DNA of 64,000 nt from Oscillospiraceae bacterium (GCA_009777475.1 WRLU01000001.1:87608-151607); one strand, 5' to 3'. Shown: positions 21,194 through 30,090, counted from the stretch's first letter. Program-made: numbers and translations. The notes: generated from the letters alone by a model not told the origin.

Positions 21194-21203
21194 GAAAAAA
21201 ACC

Positions 21204-21232
21204 TTGCAAAGCTTGTTTCGGCGTGTTATACT
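21204..21232 (+). promoter_or_regulatory. sigma-A type promoter of rpsB-tsf
   Basis: TTGCAA (21204-21209), 17-nt spacer, TATACT (21227-21232), then a leader of about 145 nt with nested hairpins. Confidence 0.6.
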
Positions 21233-21379
21233 ACTTCGGCGTACCGGGGTAGGACGTAATTCACACGCATTCGGATGCGCCTTGGCACTGTGGCCGGCTC
21301 TGCCGGTTGCCAAGACGAGGATGAAGAGTGCGGCGGGAATCATATTGAGATTCAAAAAACAAAGAGGAGGAACCTTAGC

Positions 21380-22150
21380 ATGTCAGTAGTTTCCATGAAA
21401 GGCCTATTGGAGGCCGGGGTGCATTTTGGCCATCAAACACGTAGATGGAACCCAAAAATGCAGAAATTTATCTTTACCGAACGCAATGGCATTTACATCA
21501 TCGACTTGCAAAAAACTGTAAGAAAGTTAGAGGAAGCCTATGCTTTTGTCCGCGACTTGACGATTGACAAGCAGACAGTTTTGTTTGTCGGAACCAAAAA
21601 GCAGGCACAGGAGGCCATCCGCGAAGAGGCAGAGCGGGTGGGTATGTACTTTGTAAATGCTCGTTGGTTAGGCGGAATGCTAACCAACTTTAAGACTATG
21701 CGCCGCCGGGTTGACCGTCTTAACCAGTTGCGTAAAATGGAAGAGGATGGCACCTTCGAGATGCTTCCCAAAAAAGAGGTAATCAAATTAAATGGTGAAA
21801 TTGCTAAACTGGAAAAATATTTGGGCGGTGTCAAGACCATGAACCGCTTGCCTGGTGCATTGTTTATAATTGACCCTCGCAAGGAGCGTAATGCCATCGC
21901 TGAGGCACACAAGCTGGGTATTCCCATTGTAGCTGTTGTTGACACCAACTGCGACCCTGACGAAATCGACTACCCCATTCCTGGCAACGATGATGCTATC
22001 CGAGCCATAAAGCTTATCTCCCAGACTATTGCCAATGCTGTCTTGGAAGGCCGTCAGGGGGAGGAAGCTGCTGAGTATTCCGGACAAGAGGGAAATGTCG
22101 CCAACAAGGAAGACATTAAACCGGAATCGTCACCTGAAACAGAGCAATAG
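21380..22150 (+). CDS. rpsB: 30S ribosomal protein S2
   Basis: Translation [35 protein letters not shown]. The ORF track extends upstream to 21275. Confidence 0.95.
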   Translation: MSVVSMKGLLEAGVHFGHQTRRWNPKMQKFIFTERNGIYIIDLQKTVRKLEEAYAFVRDLTIDKQTVLFVGTKKQAQEAIREEAERVGMYFVNARWLGGMLTNFKTMRRRVDRLNQLRKMEEDGTFEMLPKKEVIKLNGEIAKLEKYLGGVKTMNRLPGALFIIDPRKERNAIAEAHKLGIPIVAVVDTNCDPDEIDYPIPGNDDAIRAIKLISQTIANAVLEGRQGEEAAEYSGQEGNVANKEDIKPESSPETEQ

Positions 22151-22192
22151 TATTCTTATATAATTTTTTCATTATGGAAAGGAACGAGCTTT

Positions 22193-23125
22193 ATGGCATT
22201 TACCGCAAAAGACGTACAGACGCTACGTGAGATGACCGGCGTTGGAATGATGGACTGCAAAAAAGCCCTACAAGAAGCGGACGGGAACATCGACAGTGCC
22301 GTTAAAATACTGCGTGAAAAGGGCATGGCGGCGGCGGCCAAAAAGGCAGGACGTGTTGCCGCCGAGGGGATGTGTCACGCTATTGTGTGTCCTAAGAGCG
22401 GCGTTGCTGCCTTGGTCGAGGTTAACATTGAGACGGACTTTGCCGCAAAGAATGAAGAATTCAAGGATTTTGTCAAAACCTTGGCCTTTGTTGTTGCAGA
22501 TGAAGCCCCTGCCGATGTGGATGCTCTCAAGCAATGCGAATATCCTGAAAGCAATGGCCGCCCAATTGAGAAGGTCTTACAAGACAAGGTTCTGAAAATC
22601 GGCGAGAACATTCAAATCCGCCGTTTTGATCGTGTAGTCTGCCCTTTAAACGCCGTTTATATCCACATGGGCGGAAAAATTGCTGTTGTTGTCAGTATGG
22701 ATGTTTCTGAAAACCTGAAGGATAATCCTGATGTCTCTGAGCTTGGCCGTGATGTTGCCATGCAGATTGCTGCCATGCGTCCGCTTTGGCTAGACGAGAC
22801 AGTTGCCGACCAAACCGTTGTAAATAGTGAGAAGGAAATCATCACCCAACAACTTAAGCAGGACGAAGCAAACGCCAAGAAATCCGAAAATGTCCTCGAA
22901 AAAATAGTTGAAGGCCGGATTCGCAAGTATTTAGCCGAGGTTTGTCTGCTAAAGCAAGCCTTTGTAAAAGAAAGCAAAACCACAGTAGGTGATCATGTCG
23001 CGGCAACAGCCAGGGCTTTACACGGAGAAATTAAGGTAGCATCCTTTGTCCGCTACGAGGTGGGTGAGGGTCTTCAAAAACGAGAGGAAAACTTTGCCGA
23101 TGAGGTTGCAAAAATGACGAAGTAA
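22193..23125 (+). CDS. tsf: translation elongation factor Ts
   Basis: UBA-like N-terminus (LREMTGVGMMDCKKAL) and EF-Ts dimerisation domains. Confidence 0.95.
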   Translation: MAFTAKDVQTLREMTGVGMMDCKKALQEADGNIDSAVKILREKGMAAAAKKAGRVAAEGMCHAIVCPKSGVAALVEVNIETDFAAKNEEFKDFVKTLAFVVADEAPADVDALKQCEYPESNGRPIEKVLQDKVLKIGENIQIRRFDRVVCPLNAVYIHMGGKIAVVVSMDVSENLKDNPDVSELGRDVAMQIAAMRPLWLDETVADQTVVNSEKEIITQQLKQDEANAKKSENVLEKIVEGRIRKYLAEVCLLKQAFVKESKTTVGDHVAATARALHGEIKVASFVRYEVGEGLQKREENFADEVAKMTK

Positions 23126-23157
23126 TTTTTTTGCATAGTGGGATCTGTAAAAAATGT

Positions 23158-23186
23158 TTGACATCTTGTTTTTCATGTTATATACT
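23158..23186 (+). promoter_or_regulatory. near-consensus sigma-A promoter of the tRNA-Met/tRNA-Glu unit
   Basis: TTGACA (23158-23163), 17-nt spacer, TATACT (23181-23186). Confidence 0.65.
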
Positions 23187-23215
23187 GCTTTCGTTTCCGG
23201 CTGGAGACGAAAGAT

Positions 23216-23292
23216 GGCGGCGTAGCTCAGTTGGCTAGAGCATACGGTTCATACCCGTAGTGTCATTGGTTCAATTCCAATCGCCGCTACCA
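23216..23292 (+). tRNA. tRNA-Met (anticodon CAT, elongator-type; lysidine-modified tRNA-Ile2 not excluded)
   Basis: Manual cloverleaf: GGCGGCG acceptor, GCTC/GAGC D stem, TACGG-TTCATAC-CCGTA anticodon arm, ATTGG-TTCAATT-CCAAT T arm, encoded CCA. Confidence 0.9.
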
Positions 23293-23295
23293 CTG

Positions 23296-23332
23296 CAATT
23301 GACAATTAAGAGTATTTCCTAATTGTCAATTG
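23296..23332 (+). other. perfect 13-bp hairpin in the tRNA-tRNA spacer
   Basis: CAATTGACAATTA (23296-23308) pairs with TAATTGTCAATTG (23320-23332) across an 11-nt loop. Confidence 0.6.
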
Positions 23333-23336
23333 ATTT

Positions 23337-23411
23337 GGCCCGTTGGTCAAGCGGTTAAGACTCCGCCCTTTCACGGCGGCAACAGGGGTTCGATTCCCCT
23401 ACGGGTCACCA
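23337..23411 (+). tRNA. tRNA-Glu (anticodon TTC)
   Basis: Manual cloverleaf: GGCCCGT acceptor, CCGCC-CTTTCAC-GGCGG anticodon arm, AGGGG-TTCGATT-CCCCT T arm, encoded CCA. Confidence 0.9.
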
Positions 23412-23413
23412 GC

Positions 23414-23500
23414 GAAACCCATGTCTAAGCAGGTTCCCAAACATTGAAAAAGCTAGGGTTTTCAACTGTTTGCGAGTTTGCTCGGACATGGGTTTTTTGT
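23414..23500 (+). terminator. long composite hairpin plus U-run ending the tRNA unit
   Basis: AAACCCATGTC (about 23416-23426) pairs with GACATGGGTTT (about 23485-23495), followed by TTTTTG. An inner 13-bp hairpin is CAAACATTGAAAA/TTTTCAACTGTTTG. Confidence 0.55.
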
Positions 23501-23719
23501 CGCCTGAAAAAAGACGTTTTCAGAAATTTTGGTCATTTTGCAGGTGTGCGTTGGCTGAAAGCGTTGCAAATCAAGGAATGTTCGGAAACATGGGTCGGTG
23601 ACGCTTCAAATGGAAAAGTGGTTACCTCAAAACCCCATGTTGGGATGAGTTGGGGGTTCGGCCAGTGGCGGGTGGATGGTGTCATGTTTGAGGATGGCGA
23701 CGCTTGCCGAAAAAAGCGG

Positions 23720-23748
23720 TTGTCGGGCGGCATGGTCTGTGGTATAAT
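23720..23748 (+). promoter_or_regulatory. sigma-A type promoter of the Mrr-like gene
   Basis: TTGTCG (23720-23725), 17-nt spacer, TATAAT (23743-23748). Confidence 0.55.
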
Positions 23749-23783
23749 CAAGGGGAGCATGGTTGTAAATTGGAGGTATCAGA

Positions 23784-24659
23784 ATGAAAAAGATTATGCC
23801 ACAAAGCGGAGTGCCAAATTATAGTGATTTAATTAACCCAACATTGAAAGTACTTCAATCGCTGGGCGGTTCTGGGAAGAACGATGAGATATACGACGAG
23901 GTTATTAAACTCTTAAATCTCCCAGATAGTGCAATAGATGTCCCGCACGGTGAAGGAAGTCAGAGTGAACTTGAATATCGTCTTGCGTGGGCTCGCACCT
24001 ACTTAAAGAAGTATGGAGCTATTGATAATTCCGCTAGAGCTGTTTGGTCTGTAGCTTCCGCTTATATGAATGTAGAAGAACTTGATATAAACGAGGTTAT
24101 ACGGAAAGTAAAAAGCTTACATCCTGCTACGAAAACGTCCAAACCCGTATCGAAAACGATATCGGAAGTTAATGAATCGGAATTCCCTGACGAGATAAAA
24201 CCATGGCGCAAAAAACTTTACGATATATTGATTAACATGGATTCCTTCGCTTTTGAACGCTTATCACAGCGACTTTTAAGAGAAAGTGGCTTTACCCATG
24301 TTGTAGTTACTAAAAAATCTGGAGATGGGGGAATTGACGGATTTGGAAAGCTTAAAATAAATGGTATTTTTAGCTTCAACATAGCTTTTCAATGTAAACG
24401 TTACAAGGACTCATCGCCTATAGGCTCACCGGCGATTCGTGACTTTAGGGGTTCCCTTACGTCAAACATAGAAAAGGCGATTTTCATTACTACTAGCACA
24501 TTCTCTAAGGCAGCAAAAGCCGAGGCTTCAGAACCCGGCAAATTACAAATTGACCTCATGGAAGGAGAAGAATTTATTAGCAAGCTTGCTGAATGTGGAA
24601 TTGGAGTTAAAGAGGTAAAAGACTACGAAATAGACGAGAATTATTTTGCTACAGTTTAA
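23784..24659 (+). CDS. mrr: Mrr-family (type IV, modification-dependent) restriction endonuclease
   Basis: Mrr_N winged-helix N-terminus (LINPTLKVLQSLGG...EIYDEV) and Mrr catalytic core (GDGGIDGFGKL...FQCKRY). Confidence 0.85.
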   Translation: MKKIMPQSGVPNYSDLINPTLKVLQSLGGSGKNDEIYDEVIKLLNLPDSAIDVPHGEGSQSELEYRLAWARTYLKKYGAIDNSARAVWSVASAYMNVEELDINEVIRKVKSLHPATKTSKPVSKTISEVNESEFPDEIKPWRKKLYDILINMDSFAFERLSQRLLRESGFTHVVVTKKSGDGGIDGFGKLKINGIFSFNIAFQCKRYKDSSPIGSPAIRDFRGSLTSNIEKAIFITTSTFSKAAKAEASEPGKLQIDLMEGEEFISKLAECGIGVKEVKDYEIDENYFATV

Positions 24660-25090
24660 CCGCCAGCCGTCCAAACACTCCATTCCCGCTTCTCGCGCCC
24701 TCAACCCCACGCCCAAATCCCCACAAACACGAATCGATGAAACCATAAAGCCATAGGCGAAAGAGCTGTCAGAGAAAATCTTTTCGGCATTTTTCTGACC
24801 CTCTAATTACCCATAAATAATCTGGCATATAAAACGTAGTGTTTGCAAGGGTTACAAGTGTGCTGGACATGGGTTTTGGGAGTAACGACTAAGGGTCACC
24901 ACACGCAAATAATCCGAAAGATCCGCCAGTCATTAAAGCGATTGGCGAGGGGTTCGGTTTTTTGCTTTGGCTGGAAAACTTATGCCCCACCAAAGGGAGC
25001 GGCAAAACCGCTTTCTTTGTCTTTTCCGGCATTTTAATTGAGAATTTTTGAGGAGCTACGGGGCGGGGCAGATGGAGAGCAAAAAAGCCG

Positions 25091-25119
25091 TTGCCGAATC
25101 CTATAACTTTTGCTATAAT
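25091..25119 (+). promoter_or_regulatory. sigma-A type promoter of the MmeI-family gene
   Basis: TTGCCG (25091-25096), 17-nt spacer, TATAAT (25114-25119). This supports ATG 25141 as the start. Confidence 0.55.
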
Positions 25120-25140
25120 GCCATCAAGGCGGTGAAGTCA

Positions 25141-27798
25141 ATGCAACTTACATGGGACGAAATACAAGCCAACGCCGTTGCTTTTTCCAAACGTTGGAAG
25201 GATGTAACCAGCGAAAAACAGCAAGACCAAGGCTTTATTGAGGCACTGTTGCGTGTTTTTGGCGTTGATGACGCACGAGCTGTTGGGACCTTTCAAGAGA
25301 AAACCCGCATTGAGGGTAGTACAAAATGGATAGACTACCTTTGGAAAGGTCAAATTGCCATTGAAATGAAATCCGCAGGCGAAAATCTCGATCTTGCCTA
25401 TGAACAACTGCGGGAGTATATGTACAGTCTGCCTGAAGAAGATGTGCCTGACCTCTGGCTAGTATGCGACTTTGAAACCATACGGCTTTCCCGCCGCTCT
25501 ACAAATGAAGTTTGGAGCTTTAAGACCAAAGACTTGCGTAAAAACATCAAGCGTTTTGCCAACATTGCCGGACACACCACCGAGCGTTTCCGTGCCGGTC
25601 AGATAGAGTTGAACGTCAAGGCCGCTGAGAAAATGGCAAAACTCCATGATGCGCTAAAATTCCACGGATATGATGGTCACAATCTCGAGGTTTACCTTGT
25701 GCGGTTACTTTTTTGTATGTTTGCCGGGGATACCGGGATTTTTCCCAAAGGAAATTTTTACTTTTACATCAAAGATTCCAAAGAAAACGGCAGTGACCTG
25801 TCACACAGAATTTCCGATTTATTTGAAGTTCTCAATATGCCGTATGAAATAAGGGCGAAGAAAACGCTTTTGTCCGATGAATTAAAACAATTCCGATATA
25901 TAAACGGCAGCTTGTTTGAAGAAAGATTGCCTCCCGCTGATTTTGATGCCAAAATGCGAAATCTTCTCTTAGAATGCCGGGGATTTGACTGGAGCGACAT
26001 TAGCCCGGCTATTTTTGGTGCAATGTTTCAGGGTGTTATGGACAAAACCCAGCGCCGAGAACTGGGAGCGCATTACACCAGCGAAGAAAACATCTTGAAA
26101 CTCATTAACCCGCTGTTTATGGACGAGCTATGGGCAGAATTTGACCGTGTGAAAACCGACCCGGCCGCTCTTGACCGTTTTCACAATAAAATTGCAAATT
26201 TGAAGTTTTTAGACCCCGCCTGCGGCTGCGGAAATTTTTTGATTATCACTTACCGGGAATTGCGATTGCTAGAGCTTGAAGTGTTGCGGGTGAAACGCAA
26301 TTCAGGACAGATGCTAATGGACATAACGCCCTTGCTGAAAGTCAACGTCAACCAATTTTGCGGCATCGAGCTTGAGAATTTCCCCTGCCAAATCGCCACT
26401 GTTGGTCTGTGGCTGACCGACCATCAAATGAACAACCTTGTTGCTGACGAGTTTGGGATTCCGTTCGTACGCTTGCCTCTGAAAGACAGTGCGGTTATTG
26501 TGCATGGGAACGCACTGCGAATGGATTGGGAGAGTGTTGTGCCAAAACGGGAATTGAGTTTTATATTGGGCAACCCGCCGTTTGTGGGGAACAATAATTT
26601 GAATGTTTCACAGCGGGAGGATTTAGCACCTCTGTTTCCAAAGAATAAAACAATGGACTATGTTACAGCGTGGTATGTAAAATCCGCAGAATATATGAAT
26701 GATACCACGATTCGTTGTGCTTTTGTTTCAACAAATTCTATAGCGCAAGGCGAACAGGCTGCGTTATTGTGGAAACCATTATTTGAACGAGGGATACGTA
26801 TAAATTTTGGCATTCCTGCTTTTATATGGAATAATGAGGCCAAGGGAAAAGCGGCGGTACATTGCGTCATCGTTGGTTTTAGCTATCGAGAGACGGAACC
26901 AATTATCAGCCCATACTTGATTGAAGGCTCTAAAATCGTTGTGCAAAGCCGTAGCAACCCACTATGTGATGTGCTACAAATTCAAAAGGGCAACCAGCCG
27001 ACAGATGGCGGCAATTTAATCATTGAAGCGGATGAATATGCTGATTTTATTAGGAGGGAACCTCTTGCAGAAAAATATATCAAACGCCTAATTGGTGCTG
27101 TAGAGTTTATCAATAATCGTGACCGTTATTGCCTGTGGCTTGTGGGTGTCAGTCCGGCAGAATTGCGGAAAATGCCGCTTGTGATGGAGCGTGTGGATAA
27201 ATGCCGCCAAATGCGCCTTGAAAGCTCTGATGCAGGAACACGCAGACACGCCGATACCCCAACCTTATTCCGTGAAACCAATAACCCCGAAACGTTTATT
27301 GTGATTCCATCGGTATCATCCGAACGACGGCGATATATTCCCATTGGATTTTTAGACAGTTCAACAATTGCAACAAACCTTGTGCTTATCATTCCAAATG
27401 CTTCCTTGTATCATTTCGGGATACTCACATCTAATGTGCATATGGCTTGGACAAGGGTTGTGTGTGGCAGGCTCAAAAGTGACTACCGATATTCAAAGGA
27501 TTTAGTGTACAATAATTTCCCATGGCCGGACACAACAGATAGCCAGAAAACTGTAATTGAAAAGTTGGCACAAGCCATTTTGGATGCAAGGAAGCAATTT
27601 CCCGACTGTTCTCTTGCCGATCTCTACGACCCGCTCACAATGCCCACGGAGCTGTTGAACGCCCATCGCACACTTGACCGTGCTGTGATGAAGCTGTATG
27701 GTTTTGACGTGAAGGGTACGAGCGAGGCGGAGTGTGTGGCGGCGTTGATGGAGCGGCATCGGGGGTTGGTGGAGAATGAGAGGGGATGCGGGAAATGA
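25141..27798 (+). CDS. MmeI-family type IIL/IIG restriction-modification enzyme (fused PD-ExK nuclease + N6-adenine methyltransferase + TRD)
   Basis: D-x9-E-x-K nuclease motif (IDYLWKGQIAIEMK), SAM motif DPACGCGNFL and catalytic NPPF (LGNPPFVG). About 885 aa from ATG 25141. The ORF track starts at 25048. Confidence 0.85.
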   Translation: MQLTWDEIQANAVAFSKRWKDVTSEKQQDQGFIEALLRVFGVDDARAVGTFQEKTRIEGSTKWIDYLWKGQIAIEMKSAGENLDLAYEQLREYMYSLPEEDVPDLWLVCDFETIRLSRRSTNEVWSFKTKDLRKNIKRFANIAGHTTERFRAGQIELNVKAAEKMAKLHDALKFHGYDGHNLEVYLVRLLFCMFAGDTGIFPKGNFYFYIKDSKENGSDLSHRISDLFEVLNMPYEIRAKKTLLSDELKQFRYINGSLFEERLPPADFDAKMRNLLLECRGFDWSDISPAIFGAMFQGVMDKTQRRELGAHYTSEENILKLINPLFMDELWAEFDRVKTDPAALDRFHNKIANLKFLDPACGCGNFLIITYRELRLLELEVLRVKRNSGQMLMDITPLLKVNVNQFCGIELENFPCQIATVGLWLTDHQMNNLVADEFGIPFVRLPLKDSAVIVHGNALRMDWESVVPKRELSFILGNPPFVGNNNLNVSQREDLAPLFPKNKTMDYVTAWYVKSAEYMNDTTIRCAFVSTNSIAQGEQAALLWKPLFERGIRINFGIPAFIWNNEAKGKAAVHCVIVGFSYRETEPIISPYLIEGSKIVVQSRSNPLCDVLQIQKGNQPTDGGNLIIEADEYADFIRREPLAEKYIKRLIGAVEFINNRDRYCLWLVGVSPAELRKMPLVMERVDKCRQMRLESSDAGTRRHADTPTLFRETNNPETFIVIPSVSSERRRYIPIGFLDSSTIATNLVLIIPNASLYHFGILTSNVHMAWTRVVCGRLKSDYRYSKDLVYNNFPWPDTTDSQKTVIEKLAQAILDARKQFPDCSLADLYDPLTMPTELLNAHRTLDRAVMKLYGFDVKGTSEAECVAALMERHRGLVENERGCGK

Positions 27799-27899
27799 AT
27801 GAAATGACTATCAAAAGCGAGGCAATTTTTGGTATTCTGCCAATAGGAACCCCCTCAACCTCTATAGAACTTGGTATGAAGTCGGTCTGAGCATTACTG

Positions 27900-27936
27900 C
27901 ACCCCCCGGATGTATTGTACATCCGGGGGGTGTTTT
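27900..27936 (+). terminator. intrinsic terminator after the MmeI-family gene
   Basis: CCCCCCGGATGTA-TTG-TACATCCGGGGGG followed by TGTTTT. Confidence 0.75.
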
Positions 27937-27997
27937 GGAGTTGGAAACTGCTGAAAAACGTGCTGCCAGGCTTCAAAAGCATTTTCTCAGCACTGTC

Positions 27998-29641
27998 TTA
28001 CTTAGGTGCTTTCACGGTTACTTTGAAGCTCTTGCTCGCCGGGGTATAGCTTGCAGGTGCTGTTGTACTTGCCGGGGACGACAGGGCAGGTGACCGCAAA
28101 AGGTATACCGTATTGGTTGAGTTAACAGCCAGAGCTCCGCTCAGTGCAGACCAGTCGCCGCTGGGGTTCTTATTGTCTGAGGTGAGTGCCCACTGGTATG
28201 TACCTGTGATATTATCCCCGGTTTTGGGTATCAGGTTTCCGTCGGCATCGGCCTTGAGTTTTTCAGGGTTAGCTTTCGGGCGGGGGTTTATTGTTGGGAA
28301 ATGCACACATTTCCCGGTGTATGTCTTAGTTGCCTTGCTGTAACCCTCTGCAACATACAGGTTCATGCCCTTGTCGAGCAGTTTTTTGAACAATTCCGGG
28401 GTCAACGGCTTGTCTTTCCACTTAATACCGCCGTTTACGCTGTATGCACCTGCGGTAAAGGGCAGAGTGATTGTTTCGTTGGCAAGGTCTATCGAGGCGT
28501 TGAGAGGGTCGTTGATTGAGGGGATGTTGATGGGGAGGGAATCTATCCTGTAGGCATTCCAATCCCAATCCTCGAAGTTTGATATAAAGTAACCGTCTCC
28601 ATGATACTCAACCTCATAGTTTCCAAACGGGAATATCACATTGTTATCTTTGTCAACAATCCCCTCTGTGAAGACCTTATCTGTATGACCTGCCTTAAAA
28701 TAACCATCGCCCTGATAGTAAACCCAATCATACATTCCAAATGGGAGTATCACATTGTTATCTTTGTCGGTGACTCCCAAATCGGTGTCTCCCGTTTTGT
28801 CGTTGTCTTTATCTATTATAAAGTAACCGTCGCCGGCATAATAAACGTAAGCATACATTCCCAGCGGGAATATTATTTTGTTATCTTTGTCGACAAGTCC
28901 CGCTAGCGAGGATCCCGCAGAGATTTTATCTACCGCAAAGTAATCATCGCCCCAATATTCAATGTAATCATAGATTCCGAGCGGGAATACCATGTTGTTG
29001 TCTTTGGTGGCAACTCCATATTGAGTGCCTTTTCTTACCACAAAGTAACCATCGCCTTGATATGTAATGATGTCGTAGATTCCAAATGGGATTAACACAT
29101 TTTTATCTTCGCCGACAACGCCCCATAGGGTGCCGCTCTGTACTTTAAAGAAACCGTCACCGACATAGTCAATCGAAGTATAGCTTCCAAGCGTGAATAT
29201 CATGTTGTTATCTTTGTCGACTACTCCATATAGGGAGCCTTTTCTTACCCTAAAGAAACCGTCGCCTTGATAGTAAACGAAATCATAGGTTCCGAGCGGG
29301 AATGTCATATTGTTATTTTTGTCGGCGATTCCGCGTTGGGTACCTTTCCTTACCTCAAAGTAATCGTCGCCGGCATATTCAGTGTAATCATAGCTTCCAA
29401 GCGGGAGTATCATGTTGTTATCCTTGTCGGCGATTCCATATTGGGAACCTTTCCTTACTCTAAAGAAACCATCGCCTAAATATTGAACTACATTATACAT
29501 CCCAATCGGGAACACAGGCTTCAGAGTTGTCGACGACGCCAATGCGTCGGGGGAGGGGAACGATCCCGGCAGGGCGGGGTACAGCGTGAGCAGCATGACC
29601 CATGCAAGAACGATTGCGATGCGTTTGGTTGTTGTTTTCAT
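27998..29641 (-). CDS. secreted WG-repeat (KWG-type) protein
   Basis: Signal peptide, then about 9 tandem units of the form GDGYF.V.KG..YG..DKDNN.I.P.G.YD, then a non-repetitive C-terminal domain. Confidence 0.8.
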   Translation of the reverse strand: MKTTTKRIAIVLAWVMLLTLYPALPGSFPSPDALASSTTLKPVFPIGMYNVVQYLGDGFFRVRKGSQYGIADKDNNMILPLGSYDYTEYAGDDYFEVRKGTQRGIADKNNNMTFPLGTYDFVYYQGDGFFRVRKGSLYGVVDKDNNMIFTLGSYTSIDYVGDGFFKVQSGTLWGVVGEDKNVLIPFGIYDIITYQGDGYFVVRKGTQYGVATKDNNMVFPLGIYDYIEYWGDDYFAVDKISAGSSLAGLVDKDNKIIFPLGMYAYVYYAGDGYFIIDKDNDKTGDTDLGVTDKDNNVILPFGMYDWVYYQGDGYFKAGHTDKVFTEGIVDKDNNVIFPFGNYEVEYHGDGYFISNFEDWDWNAYRIDSLPINIPSINDPLNASIDLANETITLPFTAGAYSVNGGIKWKDKPLTPELFKKLLDKGMNLYVAEGYSKATKTYTGKCVHFPTINPRPKANPEKLKADADGNLIPKTGDNITGTYQWALTSDNKNPSGDWSALSGALAVNSTNTVYLLRSPALSSPASTTAPASYTPASKSFKVTVKAPK

Positions 29642-29701
29642 GACAATACACTTCCTTTTTTTAAGTCCCCTGGGTTCTGTGTACTGAACCCGGGAGCTAT
29701 T

Positions 29702-30090
29702 TTATTTAGGCAATTTCCTTGCCCTATAACTGTTATCGTATATCAGCGGGGAATACTTTAGCGGTTTTAGAAAAATTTTTTTAAATTTTTTAAATTCCTC
29801 GATTTCACGCAGTACGATAATGTCCGCGCCGCCATCATGGACGAATATATCTTCTTTTCCAGTTTTGTCTATAAATCCATATTTGAAGCCCATTTCATAC
29901 TTTTTCACAAGAGCCATTCCGTCTGAGAAGTCATGTGCGTAATCATCGTGACCACGCTCTGCATCGTACTATGAATGGGGCGGCTACATTCCCATTTTTG
30001 TCAATATAGCCGGCTTTCCCACCACCTTCACCATATCGTATAACCCAAGCAAGACCTTTAAAATCACTTAAAAAAATGATTTTGCTTAAA
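29702..30090 (-). pseudogene. decayed WG-repeat paralogue (no start codon, frameshift near 29960)
   Basis: Two frames give ...KGLAWVIRYGEGGGKAGYIDKNGNVAAPFI and YDAERGHDDYAHDFSDGMALVKKYEMGFKYGFIDKTGKE. An upstream in-frame stop precedes any ATG. Confidence 0.6.

Noticed and set aside
23444-23824. 126-aa ORF between tRNA-Glu and mrr.
   Set aside because: It has a Trp/Gly-rich unnatural composition and no SD. It contains the mrr promoter (TTGTCG-17-TATAAT) and overlaps the mrr start.
24698-24722. G-quadruplex-type motif on the minus strand (GGGG-ATTT-GGG-CGT-GGGG-TTGA-GGG), within a G-poor, C/A-rich ~70-nt tract downstream of mrr.
   Set aside because: It is real in the sequence, but I cannot connect it to any function, and a single occurrence is weak evidence.
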